IMG/VR virus record: IMGVR_UViG_3300030085_002231
Span: 27,450 to 91,449 of that record
Direction: 5' to 3' (one strand)
DNA length: 64,000 bases
Source of the DNA: a virus
The notes beneath the pieces were generated by a model. The model had not been told where the DNA came from, searched no databases, and saw nothing but the letters and a program-made list of their open reading frames with translations. Position numbers and translations under genes: made by a program. Shown one piece after another: positions 9,700 to 19,740 of the stretch. Numbering within the stretch: the first letter of the stretch is position 1; every line of letters begins with the position of its first letter.

Positions 9700-11171
9700 A
9701 TCATGCAAACCTGCACATAACGTGCGAAAGTGGCACAGCTCAAGAGCTCAATGAGTTTTTTAGTTTCTATGTGCCCGGATATAAATTCATGCCCGCGTAT
9801 AGAAATCGTATGTGGGATGGAAAGATTCGTTTATTCACTGTAATGTCTGGTGAACTACCGGCCGGTCTATACGAGCATCTTCTACAGTTTGCTGAACAAC
9901 GTGCTTATGAGATAGAAGTAGATGATTCTAAGTATGGTAAACCTGATGACTATAATAAGGTCGATGTAAAAGATCTCTATGAATATATTAAAGGACTAGA
10001 ACTACCGTTTGATATACGTGATTACCAATTTGATGCAGTTTCTACGGGAATCCATAGAAAAAGAGGCATACTCTTATCACCAACAGGATCTGGTAAATCT
10101 CTTATCATATACGCTTTAGTGCGTTATTGGTTAGAAAGGCTTACCACAGGGTATCGCTATCCACACAGCGGTAGGGCTTTAATCATCGTACCTACCACTT
10201 CACTCGTAGAACAAATGTATACGGACTTTATAAAGTATGGTTGTGGTGAGCGAGCCATGCATAGAATATATTCCGGTAAAGATAAGAAGTTTGAATCAGC
10301 AATATGTATTAGCACATGGCAATCAATATACAAACTACCGCGTGACTGGTACTCACAGTTTGGCATGGTAATAGGTGATGAGTGTCATGGTTTTAAATCA
10401 AAATCATTAATGTCAATTATGAACAAGGCCAGTGAAGCTGAATATAGGTTTGGCACGACTGGTACACTCGACGGGGCCCAAACACATGAACTCGTACTCC
10501 AAGGTCTATTCGGTAAGATATACCGCGTTACCACAACGAAAACTTTACAAGATAACAATACTCTCGCCAGCCTTGCCATTAAACGAATCGTACTTAAGTA
10601 CTCAGAAAAGATACGTAAGGAGTTTGGTAAACAACCATATCCGGATGAAATCGACTTCATTGTATCCAATGTCAAAAGAAATAAATTCATACGAAATCTG
10701 GCCTTAGATCTAAAAGGTAATACACTAATACTTTATAACTATGTTGAGAAACATGGTAAGCCACTTTACGATTTGATAGATAATAAAGTAGATGAGAATA
10801 GAAAAGTATTTTTTGTATCAGGCGAAACAGCTACCAATGATAGAGAAGCAATACGTGGTATTGTTGAAAAACAAAAAGACGCCATTATAGTAGCATCACT
10901 TGGTACCTTCTCAACAGGTATAAATATTAGGAACCTTCATAATATTGTTTTTGCTTCACCGAGTAAGTCACAGATAAGAGTGTTGCAAAGTATTGGTAGA
11001 GGTTTACGTAAAACAGAAGATGGAAAAGCTACTACACTATATGATATATCTGATGATATAAGTTGGAAAACGCGTAAAAATTATTCTTTACTGCATTCGT
11101 TTGAAAGATTAAAGATATATCAGAAAGAACAGTTTGAGTATAAAACCATACAACTGGAGTTAAAACCATGA
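9672..11171 (+). CDS. uvsW: RNA-DNA/DNA helicase UvsW
   Basis: WDGKIRLF, SPTGSGKS (Walker A), GDECH, QSIGRGLR. Confidence 0.96.
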   Translation: METIRVRKLNHANLHITCESGTAQELNEFFSFYVPGYKFMPAYRNRMWDGKIRLFTVMSGELPAGLYEHLLQFAEQRAYEIEVDDSKYGKPDDYNKVDVKDLYEYIKGLELPFDIRDYQFDAVSTGIHRKRGILLSPTGSGKSLIIYALVRYWLERLTTGYRYPHSGRALIIVPTTSLVEQMYTDFIKYGCGERAMHRIYSGKDKKFESAICISTWQSIYKLPRDWYSQFGMVIGDECHGFKSKSLMSIMNKASEAEYRFGTTGTLDGAQTHELVLQGLFGKIYRVTTTKTLQDNNTLASLAIKRIVLKYSEKIRKEFGKQPYPDEIDFIVSNVKRNKFIRNLALDLKGNTLILYNYVEKHGKPLYDLIDNKVDENRKVFFVSGETATNDREAIRGIVEKQKDAIIVASLGTFSTGINIRNLHNIVFASPSKSQIRVLQSIGRGLRKTEDGKATTLYDISDDISWKTRKNYSLLHSFERLKIYQKEQFEYKTIQLELKP

Positions 11172-11659
11172 AAGCTATGTATAAACAATTTAAGCTTACT
11201 AGTGGCGAAGAACTTATATGTGAGTTGGTCGAAACTAATGATGCAGACGAAGGTATCACAGACGTTATTATTAGACGCGCTATGAAGATTGTAACTACCG
11301 ATGATTTAGAAGAAAACACACGTTATTACACGTTTAAACCATACGTTACTTTTCAAGATGATACTACAGATTTAATAGCTCTTAACTCTGTACACATAGT
11401 TAGTGAGTCTACACCTTCAGAAGTTGTAATGACACATTATGCAAGTGCGCTTTCTGATGCAGATAAATTTAATAAGATACGTAAAGCCACTAATATTTCG
11501 CTTTCTGAAGTACAATCTAAACTAAAAGATCTTACAGAACAAGAGATGGACGAGTTTCTAGAATCAAAATTAGCAGAAATAAAAGACACTGATTTAGATA
11601 CTTTAGATTCACAAATGTCTAACGTTATAGAATTTAAGCCACGAGGTACGTACCATTGA
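11168..11659 (+). CDS. Conserved hypothetical protein (Sm-like N-terminus) between uvsW and gp55
   Basis: FKLTSGEELIC motif; conserved position in marine T4-like phages. Confidence 0.6.
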   Translation: MKAMYKQFKLTSGEELICELVETNDADEGITDVIIRRAMKIVTTDDLEENTRYYTFKPYVTFQDDTTDLIALNSVHIVSESTPSEVVMTHYASALSDADKFNKIRKATNISLSEVQSKLKDLTEQEMDEFLESKLAEIKDTDLDTLDSQMSNVIEFKPRGTYH

Positions 11660-12309
11660 GTTTTTTAGTACATCCTCTACCTCCAGAAAATGTATTAGTA
11701 AGAAAAGAATATCTCTATGATCTTGAACGCGGTCACGGAGAATACACGCCTGGCATTTGGATCTCGGTAAAATCAACTCAATACAAAGCGTTATACTTTG
11801 AAACGCTACTTACAGAATATGGTGCACTTTATGATAAACTTCCGCTGTCAGCTTTCGTTTGGAAAACAGATCATGGCGATCTACCTCTTGATGTTCTGCA
11901 GTTGTGGGATTGCTTTGATTACGACCTTACTGTAGTTGAAAAACCTATACTAAGTCGGTGTGAGTTTTTCGGCAAAGACAAGAATATGCACGCAGGTGAG
12001 TATATGTTTACTATCGATAATGCACATCGAGATAGATCTACAATAGACATAAACTTTTCTGAACACGACCCAGAACATAAAAGCTTTAACGTAATACAAT
12101 TGGATAACGGGCAATTTGCAGCTCAACCTAATAATAGAGTAATATGGCGTGATTCGAGTTTAACGCCTGATAAATTAAAACGTCCGGATTTTAAAGTATG
12201 TACACAAAACTATCGTGTAGAAACAGAACCAAAATGGTCTGTTGGCCATACTGATGAATGGCAATATATGACAGAGGACGAGGTATCTACCCTCCGGAAA
12301 GAATCTTAA
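11656..12309 (+). CDS. Conserved hypothetical protein
   Basis: 217-aa ORF with overlapping start/stop; LQLWDCF, LDNGQFAAQPNNR motifs. Confidence 0.7.
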   Translation: MSFLVHPLPPENVLVRKEYLYDLERGHGEYTPGIWISVKSTQYKALYFETLLTEYGALYDKLPLSAFVWKTDHGDLPLDVLQLWDCFDYDLTVVEKPILSRCEFFGKDKNMHAGEYMFTIDNAHRDRSTIDINFSEHDPEHKSFNVIQLDNGQFAAQPNNRVIWRDSSLTPDKLKRPDFKVCTQNYRVETEPKWSVGHTDEWQYMTEDEVSTLRKES

Positions 12310-12312
12310 TTT

Positions 12313-12340
12313 ATTATACCACAACGTACGAAAAAGTACA
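12313..12340 (-). promoter_or_regulatory. Reverse-strand copy of the early promoter motif
   Basis: Reverse complement reads TGTACT-16 nt ending TGTGG-TATAAT. Confidence 0.6.
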
Positions 12341-12375
12341 CCATTATTTTTTACATTCAAAACAAAATTAATCTA

Positions 12376-12404
12376 TTTACAAATATAGCTTACTAGTTTA
12401 TAAT
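12376..12404 (+). promoter_or_regulatory. Early/middle promoter (gp55)
   Basis: TTTACA-17-TATAAT. Confidence 0.8.
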
Positions 12405-12428
12405 ATACTATATAATGAAGGAGGCGAC

Positions 12429-13022
12429 ATGGCACGCGCACAAAGAAAAAGTATTCACTATGTCAATAATGCTGAATTCTCACAAGCCGTAGTGGAATAT
12501 GTCACAAAAGTTCAAGAAGCTAAGAAACAAGAAACAACTCTTCCAATAGTACCTGATTATATTGCCAGCTGTTTTCTACGAATAGCTGAGGGTTTGTCTC
12601 ACAAATCTAATTTTATTCGCTACACATATCGCGAAGAAATGGTAATGGACGCAGTAGAAAATTGTTTGAAGGCGATTGAGAACTATAACTTAGAAGCGGC
12701 TACCAGAACTGGAAAGCCAAACGCTTTTGCGTACTTTACACAGATTACGTGGTACGCTTTTTTGAGACGTATCGCTAAAGAGAAAAAACAGCAAGATATT
12801 AAATTAAAATATTTGACAAAGTCAGGTATCGAAAACTTTATTGACAACGAGTTAGGTGACGAAACATCGCAGCAAGTTGTTGGCGCTTTCGTTGATACAC
12901 TACGAGATCGCATTGAGAAAGTAAGATTCACAGATAACATTATTAAAGAGGAAGTGATAAAAGAAAAGAAGAGGCGCAAGTCAAAGAGTGCTGATTCTGA
13001 TTTATCAGAGTTTTTAACATGA
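12429..13022 (+). CDS. gp55: Late transcription sigma factor
   Basis: HYVNNAEF, NFIRYTYREEMVMDAVENC, NAFAYFTQI..YAFLRRIAKEKKQ. Confidence 0.96.
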   Translation: MARAQRKSIHYVNNAEFSQAVVEYVTKVQEAKKQETTLPIVPDYIASCFLRIAEGLSHKSNFIRYTYREEMVMDAVENCLKAIENYNLEAATRTGKPNAFAYFTQITWYAFLRRIAKEKKQQDIKLKYLTKSGIENFIDNELGDETSQQVVGAFVDTLRDRIEKVRFTDNIIKEEVIKEKKRRKSKSADSDLSEFLT

Positions 13023-13138
13023 AAAAAATTATTGAGTTCCTTAAAAGTAAAGACGATATTGAAATGTTTATGATTACTTGCGTATTAGGTACTATCTTTG
13101 CATTCTTTATCTATTGTGGTTGGAGTCTAATTAATTGA
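13019..13138 (+). CDS. Small membrane peptide (39 aa)
   Basis: ATGA/TTGA overlaps with gp55 and gp47; hydrophobic C-terminal half; below the ORF-track cutoff. Confidence 0.55.
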   Translation: MKKIIEFLKSKDDIEMFMITCVLGTIFAFFIYCGWSLIN

Positions 13139-14196
13139 AGGTAGCAGTATTAAATGACACACATTGCGGTATACGTAACTCTTCCGAGATCTTCCTCGAA
13201 AATGCCAGGGTATTTTACTCAGAGGTCTTCTTTCCTTACTGTAAAGAAAACGGGATCGAGCAAATCATACACTTGGGCGACTATTATGACCACAGGAAGT
13301 TTGTAAACTTTAAAGCGTTAAATCACAACAGGCAGCATTTTCTTAATCCATTACGCGAAAATGGTATGAAGATGGATATTATACCTGGCAATCACGATAC
13401 GTATTATAAGAACACAAACGATCTTAACTCACTCAAAGAATGTCTTGGTCATTTTATGAATGAGATCCATATTATTATGGAACCAAGAGTCATGGAATAC
13501 GGGTCACTAAAGATGGCCATGTTGCCGTGGATCAATCCAGAAAACTATGACGACTCTATGAAGTTCATAGCAGATTGTAAAGCTGACTGGCTTGGGTCAC
13601 ACTTAGAACTCAACGGATTTGAAGTAATGCGTGGTATGACAAGTAAACATGGCATGGATCCCAAACTGTTTTCTCGATTTGAATTAGTTTTATCAGGTCA
13701 TTATCACGTGGCATCTCGTAGAGATAACATCTGGTACCTAGGTTCGCAAATGGAGTTCTTCTGGTCAGACGCACACGATCCAAAGTATTTCCACGTTATC
13801 GATACAGAAACAAGACAGATAGAAAAAGTTAGAAATAATAACACTTTGTTTGAAAAAATAGTGTACAATGACGACAAAATGGATTATAATAACTATAACA
13901 TATCAAACTTAGATGGTAAGCTCGTAAAAGTCGTAGTAGTAAATAAAGCTGATACGTTTACGTTCGATCGTTTTATCGACAGGTTACAGTCACAAGATAT
14001 ATACGAACTGAAGATAGCAGAAAACTTTCAAGAGTTTTCCGGTGAAAGTATTGAGGATGATAAGATTAATTTTGACGACACCCAAGAGATTGTCGACTCG
14101 TATATTGACGCGGTCGATACAGATCTTGATAAAAATAAAATCAAAATCCAAGTAAGAGAACTTATGACTGAAGCACAAACTTTGGAATTTGCATGA
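13135..14196 (+). CDS. gp47: Recombination endonuclease subunit (Mre11-like)
   Basis: DTHCG, LGDYYD, GNHD, SGHYH metallophosphoesterase motifs. Confidence 0.95.
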   Translation: MKVAVLNDTHCGIRNSSEIFLENARVFYSEVFFPYCKENGIEQIIHLGDYYDHRKFVNFKALNHNRQHFLNPLRENGMKMDIIPGNHDTYYKNTNDLNSLKECLGHFMNEIHIIMEPRVMEYGSLKMAMLPWINPENYDDSMKFIADCKADWLGSHLELNGFEVMRGMTSKHGMDPKLFSRFELVLSGHYHVASRRDNIWYLGSQMEFFWSDAHDPKYFHVIDTETRQIEKVRNNNTLFEKIVYNDDKMDYNNYNISNLDGKLVKVVVVNKADTFTFDRFIDRLQSQDIYELKIAENFQEFSGESIEDDKINFDDTQEIVDSYIDAVDTDLDKNKIKIQVRELMTEAQTLEFA

Positions 14197-15932
14197 TAAA
14201 ATTTAAAACTCTTCGGTATAAGAACTTTCTGTCATCTGGAAATAACTTTACTGAAATACAACTTGATAGAAGCAAGTCAACACTCGTTGTCGGCCAGAAT
14301 GGCGCAGGTAAATCAACTATGTTGGATGCTTTATCTTTCGCTTTGTTTGGCAAAGCACATCGTAATATTAATAAGACACAACTTATCAACTCTATTAATA
14401 ATAAGGGTTGCCTAGTAGAAATAGAATTCAGTTTAAGTGGAAACGAGTTTAAAGTATCAAGAGGAATCAAGCCAAACGTATTTGAGATATGGAAGAATGG
14501 CACTATGCTTAACCAGTCATCTCACTCGCGTGAATATCAAAAGATTCTTGAACAGAACATACTAAAACTCAACCATAAATCGTTTCACCAGGTAGTTGTA
14601 TTAGGTAGCTCCTCTTTCATACCTTTCATGCAACTACCTTCACACATTCGTAGGGAAGTTATTGAAGATCTTCTCGATATTAACGTCTTTTCAAAGATGA
14701 ACATTATTTTAAAGGAAAAAAATGTACAGTTAAAAGATAAACTCAGACAGATAGATTACAACATAGATATTGTGAAAACTAAAATTGAATCTCAAAAGAA
14801 GTATATTCGCGATATCGCAGCACTAACTGAAGAGAATCGAAAGGACTATGAATCTAGGATACAAGCATCGCAGAATCTCGTCGATGAATTACAGAATGAG
14901 AATAGTGAGCTTAGCCTCGGACTCGATGAATCTGTATCAGAAGCCGAACAAGGGCTCAAACTGTTACAGGATAGGAAGCAGAGTTTACTCCTCCGAGGTC
15001 AAGATCGGCAATCGACTATCCGCGACCTCGAGAAGCGGATCACCTTTTTCGAAGAGAATGAGTCGTGTCCCGTGTGCGACCAAGCCATTTCAGACGGCCA
15101 TAAACATGCGATTTTATTATCGACACAAGAAGATAGGGATAGGCGGAAGACAGAGATTAAGCAAATCGGAACGGAAGGCTTTGCGGTGGAATCGGAGATT
15201 GAGCAACAGGCTGGCTTACTTTCAACGCTTCGCGATCGGGTACATAAACTCACTGCCAACTCGAAAGAGATTTCGAAACTGCAAGCAACCATATCTGATT
15301 ATAGGTCGCATATAGAAAAAGAAATCGGTACGGATCTTACTCAGGCTCGTACCGACTTACAAAAATTTGAAGATGATAGAAGTAATGAGTTAGAACAAAA
15401 ATTAAAACTTTCTGATGATTTAAATTATAATTCTGTTATTATCGAAATGTTAAAAGACACAGGTATTAAGACTAAGATTATTAAACAGTACCTGCCGGTT
15501 ATGAATAAACTAGTCAACCAATACCTACAAATCTTAGACTTCTTTGTACACTTCCACTTGGATGAATCGTTCCAAGAAGTTATAAGATCTAGGCACAGAG
15601 ACGAATTTACTTATGATTCTTTTAGCGAAGGTGAGAAACAGAGGATTGACCTAGCACTACTCTTCACCTGGCGGCAAGTGGCAAAGATGAAGAACAGCGT
15701 ATCGACTAATTTACTTTTACTCGATGAAACGTTTGACTCATCGCTTGACCACGACGGTGTAGAAAACTTACTGAAGATTTTATATACACTTGGTGAAGAC
15801 ACAAACGTATTTGTGATATCACATAAAGGTGATATACTCGATGGTAAGTTTGATAGTAAGATCGAATTTACTAAAGAAAAAAACTTCAGCCAGATGAAAA
15901 TTGGTGTACAAGCGAATGAACTTGTGGTATAA
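14193..15932 (+). CDS. gp46: Recombination ATPase subunit (Rad50-like)
   Basis: GQNGAGKS, CPVC zinc hook, FSEGEKQR, LLDETFD. Confidence 0.96.
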   Translation: MIKFKTLRYKNFLSSGNNFTEIQLDRSKSTLVVGQNGAGKSTMLDALSFALFGKAHRNINKTQLINSINNKGCLVEIEFSLSGNEFKVSRGIKPNVFEIWKNGTMLNQSSHSREYQKILEQNILKLNHKSFHQVVVLGSSSFIPFMQLPSHIRREVIEDLLDINVFSKMNIILKEKNVQLKDKLRQIDYNIDIVKTKIESQKKYIRDIAALTEENRKDYESRIQASQNLVDELQNENSELSLGLDESVSEAEQGLKLLQDRKQSLLLRGQDRQSTIRDLEKRITFFEENESCPVCDQAISDGHKHAILLSTQEDRDRRKTEIKQIGTEGFAVESEIEQQAGLLSTLRDRVHKLTANSKEISKLQATISDYRSHIEKEIGTDLTQARTDLQKFEDDRSNELEQKLKLSDDLNYNSVIIEMLKDTGIKTKIIKQYLPVMNKLVNQYLQILDFFVHFHLDESFQEVIRSRHRDEFTYDSFSEGEKQRIDLALLFTWRQVAKMKNSVSTNLLLLDETFDSSLDHDGVENLLKILYTLGEDTNVFVISHKGDILDGKFDSKIEFTKEKNFSQMKIGVQANELVV

Positions 15933-15933
15933 T
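15905..15933 (+). promoter_or_regulatory. Early/middle promoter (gp45)
   Basis: TGTACA-17 (TGTGG)-TATAAT. Confidence 0.75.
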
Positions 15934-15958
15934 ATACATATCTTTTGGAGGATATATA

Positions 15959-16636
15959 ATGGAACTAAATGAGAATACTCTCAACGTCTTGAAAAACTTT
16001 TCTGGTATCAATCAGAATATGTTGATTCAACAGGGCAGCACAATTAAAACTATTTCCGAAGCTCGCAATGTATTGGCCACAGCTGTGGTTGAAGAAGAGT
16101 TTCCACAACCTTTTGGCATCTATGATCTCAACGAGTTTATTGGTGTCCTTGGATTGGTAGATACACCTCGGCTTAAGTTTGCCGAAGAGTATGTTACCAT
16201 TGGCGACTCAACTGGTCGCTCAAAAGTCAAGTACTTCTTCTCACCAGAAGAAACATTGACAACCCCACAAAAAGATATTAACATGCCGGAAACGGAAGTT
16301 AAGTTTACACTAACAAACGATACTCTCAATAAAATTAAAAGAGCTGCATCCACTCTTGGACATGATGAAGTATTGATTACTGGCAAAGACGGTGTACTAA
16401 ATCTTTCTGTGGTTGAAAGCCAGAACTCAACGTCAAACGCGTTTACAATTGATATTGACGGTGAGTTTCCAGCTGAAACAAATTTTAACTTTATCTTGAG
16501 TATTTCAAATCTTAAGATTCTTACTGGTGACTATGATGTAGAAATATCGAGTAAGCTAATCTCTTGTTTCAAGCACAAAGATCTAAATGTCAAGTATTGG
16601 ATTGCACTTGAAAAAACCTCTTCGTACGGAGTTTAA
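15959..16636 (+). CDS. gp45: Sliding clamp
   Basis: LKNFSGINQ, FGIYDLNEF, YWIALE. Confidence 0.95.
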   Translation: MELNENTLNVLKNFSGINQNMLIQQGSTIKTISEARNVLATAVVEEEFPQPFGIYDLNEFIGVLGLVDTPRLKFAEEYVTIGDSTGRSKVKYFFSPEETLTTPQKDINMPETEVKFTLTNDTLNKIKRAASTLGHDEVLITGKDGVLNLSVVESQNSTSNAFTIDIDGEFPAETNFNFILSISNLKILTGDYDVEISSKLISCFKHKDLNVKYWIALEKTSSYGV

Positions 16637-16637
16637 T

Positions 16638-16862
16638 ATGAATGAAGAAATCGAAAATCAAGAACCAGATAAGATGGATCACTTGATGACATTATCTAAT
16701 CAGGTATCACGTTCGTGTGTTGCCGTGATTGATGCCATGTCACAGCGTGGTGCAGTCAAGGGTGAAGAAATGTCAACCCTTGGTAAACTACGTGATGATG
16801 CTGTACAAATCATCCAACTTGTTGAAACTATCCAACAAGAGAAAGCGATGGAGGAAGACTAA
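16638..16862 (+). CDS. Hypothetical protein
   Basis: GGAG RBS and ATG at 16638; helical 74-aa ORF. Confidence 0.65.
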   Translation: MNEEIENQEPDKMDHLMTLSNQVSRSCVAVIDAMSQRGAVKGEEMSTLGKLRDDAVQIIQLVETIQQEKAMEED

Positions 16863-16866
16863 GATA

Positions 16867-16895
16867 TTTACTTGCTCAGTGTTTTGTGGTATAAT
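16867..16895 (+). promoter_or_regulatory. Early/middle promoter (gp44)
   Basis: TTTACT-17 (TGTGG)-TATAAT. Confidence 0.8.
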
Positions 16896-16916
16896 ATTTG
16901 TTATGGAGTATAGTAA

Positions 16917-17852
16917 ATGTCTAATAATTTCCTTTGGGTCGAAAAGTATCGGCCGCGTACAATATCAGAAACTATCCTACCCGATAGTTTAAAGCAAGTC
17001 TTTCAAAAGATTGTAGAGTCCGGTGAACTTCCTAATATGTTGTTCACTGGCTCTGCTGGTCTTGGTAAGACTACAGTTGCCAAAGCTTTATGTAACGAGC
17101 TTGGCAATGACTTTATTATTATCAATGGTTCCGAAGAAGGTAACATTGATACGCTAAGAACAAAGATCAAACAGTTTGCGTCCACTGTATCGCTACAGGG
17201 TGGATATAAAGTTGTGATCCTTGACGAGGCAGATTATCTTAATCCACAGTCGACTCAACCTGCACTACGTGGATTTATCGAAGAGTTTGCCGATAACTGC
17301 AGGTTCATACTTACATGTAACTTTAAGAATCGTATCATTCAACCTCTACATTCTCGTTGTGGTGTATATGAATTTAATACGTCTAAGAAAGACATGGCTC
17401 AACTTGCTGCTAACTTCATGGAAAGAGTTACGGCAATCTTGGAAGCTGAACAAGTTGAGTATGATAAAAGAACAGTTGCCGATTTAATTATGAAGTTTGC
17501 CCCTGATTGGAGGAGAGTACTCAATGAACTACAAAGATATTCTGTTTTGGGGAGTGTGGCTGGGTCTGTTTCTAGTTCTAGTGGTGGATCCTTTGATGAG
17601 TTATATGCTCACTTAAAAGCTAAAGACTTTAAGAAAATGCGCGGCTGGGTTGTCAATAATATAGATACAGATGCAGCTGCAATCTTTCGCGGTCTGTACG
17701 ATTCTATGTACGACAAAGTCGCACCGCAATCGATACCACAGCTTGTTTTAATTCTTGCTGACTACCAATATAAAAATGCATTCGTGGCTGATCACGAACT
17801 AAACGTAGTCGCATGTCTTACGGAGGTAATGGCTAATGTCCAATTCAATTAA
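16917..17852 (+). CDS. gp44: Clamp loader large subunit
   Basis: LWVEKYRP, GSAGLGKTT, ILDEAD, SRC motifs. Confidence 0.96.
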   Translation: MSNNFLWVEKYRPRTISETILPDSLKQVFQKIVESGELPNMLFTGSAGLGKTTVAKALCNELGNDFIIINGSEEGNIDTLRTKIKQFASTVSLQGGYKVVILDEADYLNPQSTQPALRGFIEEFADNCRFILTCNFKNRIIQPLHSRCGVYEFNTSKKDMAQLAANFMERVTAILEAEQVEYDKRTVADLIMKFAPDWRRVLNELQRYSVLGSVAGSVSSSSGGSFDELYAHLKAKDFKKMRGWVVNNIDTDAAAIFRGLYDSMYDKVAPQSIPQLVLILADYQYKNAFVADHELNVVACLTEVMANVQFN

Positions 17853-18126
17853 GTTAACCTTATACACTCAACACAATTGCGATTACTGCGATATAATGAA
17901 AATGAAATTATCTAGCTGGGGTTATCATTTTGACGTGGTAAACATAAAAGAAAACGTGCAAGCCATGGCGTTTCTACGTATGAAAAATCATAGGACAGTG
18001 CCACAACTCTATTGGAACAATGTACATCTTAACAAAGTTGAAACTCTAGACTTTACGCGTGAAATGTTGGAAGAGGAATTAGATTATGAAAGCTATATTG
18101 GAGGTCCTACAGAATTTAGGTCCTGA
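17836..18126 (+). CDS. Glutaredoxin (NrdH-like)
   Basis: CDYC active site and TVPQ motif. Confidence 0.85.
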   Translation: MSNSIKLTLYTQHNCDYCDIMKMKLSSWGYHFDVVNIKENVQAMAFLRMKNHRTVPQLYWNNVHLNKVETLDFTREMLEEELDYESYIGGPTEFRS

Positions 18127-18280
18127 TTGGACTGCGTTTATTCTGTCTATGCAAGTTGCCCTTGTTATGGGATTCTTAGAATATTCTAAGACTACTATGA
18201 TATTAGTATGTGTAGGCATATATTGTTTTTTAAGATTCGTACAAAGACCATGGACTGATTATGACGACAAATCCCTTTGA
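18086..18280 (+). CDS. Small membrane protein
   Basis: Two hydrophobic segments; overlaps both neighbours. Confidence 0.5.
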   Translation: MKAILEVLQNLGPDWTAFILSMQVALVMGFLEYSKTTMILVCVGIYCFLRFVQRPWTDYDDKSL

Positions 18281-18644
18281 TTACTTAACTGCTATCAATG
18301 ACACAAAGAAAGATGTTATGATAGATGATATAGCCGAGAAAGGTTACAATGCTTTCATGGTTAATCGCGGTCTTTCTTACTTCAACGATACAGTTTTATT
18401 TGCAAATGAAATGAATTTGAATGCACACTTAGATAATCGTTTACAATTTGACTTTCTTATAAATATAGTAAGAAGGCGGAAAAGATTTTCTAAGTGGATG
18501 AAACCTGAAACCGCCAGTGACGTGGAAGTTGTCAAGGAATATTATGGCTACAGTAATGAAAAAGCCCGCCAAGCCTTGACCCTTCTCACACCTGAACAAA
18601 TAATAGATATAAAAAAGAAGGTGTATAAAGGTGGAAGAAAATAA
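18261..18644 (+). CDS. gp62: Clamp loader small subunit
   Basis: FMVNRGLS, ANEMN, RKRFSKW, KEYYGYSNEKA. Confidence 0.93.
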   Translation: MTTNPFDYLTAINDTKKDVMIDDIAEKGYNAFMVNRGLSYFNDTVLFANEMNLNAHLDNRLQFDFLINIVRRRKRFSKWMKPETASDVEVVKEYYGYSNEKARQALTLLTPEQIIDIKKKVYKGGRK

Positions 18645-19041
18645 TATTGTAGAATGGAATCCTACATCTATGCTCGAGATCTCATTAAACGAGCCAGATG
18701 ATTTTCTAAAAGTTAGAGAAACGCTTACACGAATAGGTGTAGCATCCCGTAAAGATAAAAAATTATTTCAGTCTTGTCATATATTACATAAGCAAGGCAG
18801 GTATTTTATCGTGCACTTCAAAGAGTTATTCTTACTCGATGGTAAGAAATCGAACTTAGAAGAAAATGATATTGCACGCAGAAATACTATCGCACAGCTA
18901 ATGAGCGACTGGGGTCTTATCAGTATTGAAACTGCAGATAAGATGAAACCACTGGCGCCGATGAGACAGATAAAAATCATTCCGTTCAAAGAAAAAAATG
19001 AATGGGAGTTGTGTCCGAAGTATAATATCGGAAACAAGTAA
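18631..19041 (+). CDS. regA: Translational repressor RegA
   Basis: DDFLKVRETLTRIGVAS, QSCHILHKQGRYFIVHFKELF. Confidence 0.97.
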   Translation: MEENNIVEWNPTSMLEISLNEPDDFLKVRETLTRIGVASRKDKKLFQSCHILHKQGRYFIVHFKELFLLDGKKSNLEENDIARRNTIAQLMSDWGLISIETADKMKPLAPMRQIKIIPFKEKNEWELCPKYNIGNK

Positions 19042-19054
19042 TATATATAGTATT

Positions 19055-19109
19055 GGACATGCCTTTTGGGTGTCCGCTTAACCTTGCTAGTCAATAGGAG
19101 GAAAATATG
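19055..19109 (+). promoter_or_regulatory. ROSE-like RNA thermometer upstream of hsp20
   Basis: Hairpin GGACATGCC/GGGTGTCC followed by CCTTGCT-N7-AGGAGG (UUGCU anti-SD signature). Confidence 0.6.
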
Positions 19110-19571
19110 ACTGGATCATTCGCATATCCGCGAAACGCATTTCTTGGTTTCGACCACATCTTTGATCAACTGGAAAATATTCACCAGCACTCAAAGGATA
19201 CCTATCCACCACACAATGTCATTAAAGACGAAGAGATGAAATACACTCTTGAAATGGCAGTAGCTGGTTTCAAAGAAGAACATATTGACATTGAAGTTAA
19301 AGATCATATTTTAACTATTAGTGGTGATCGACCTCAGCGTCGTGAACAAAGCGCTTATGTTCATAAAGGTATTAGTGCTCGTAACTGGAAGAAGTCATTT
19401 AGACTGTCGGAATATACCGAAGTAACCGGAGCCGATCTTGTAGATGGAATCTTGACTGTTAGTTTAGAAGTCGTTCTACCTGCAGAGAAGCTGCCTCGTA
19501 AAATCACAATTGGAACTTACGAGGGAAAAAATGACAACAATAGTTCTGAACTACTCACGGAATCTGCTTGA
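19107..19571 (+). CDS. hsp20: Small heat shock protein Hsp20/IbpA
   Basis: GFDHIF, YPPHNV, EMAVAGF, HKGISAR, GIL motifs. Confidence 0.94.
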   Translation: MTGSFAYPRNAFLGFDHIFDQLENIHQHSKDTYPPHNVIKDEEMKYTLEMAVAGFKEEHIDIEVKDHILTISGDRPQRREQSAYVHKGISARNWKKSFRLSEYTEVTGADLVDGILTVSLEVVLPAEKLPRKITIGTYEGKNDNNSSELLTESA

Positions 19572-19740
19572 CGTAATTAGAGAATTCTTCTCTGCAATGG
19601 GCACAGCTATCATGGTTTCTAGACAAATAGAAACTAATCATAAGCTAGCTCATCAGTTACGACATGAGTATCCAAAAGAAAATTATCAAGGCATTGTAGC
19701 AATCCTTAATGAAAAAACATTAAAGGAGTTCTACAAATGA
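19531..19740 (+). CDS. Hypothetical protein
   Basis: GAGG RBS; 69-aa ORF. Confidence 0.55.
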   Translation: MTTIVLNYSRNLLDVIREFFSAMGTAIMVSRQIETNHKLAHQLRHEYPKENYQGIVAILNEKTLKEFYK

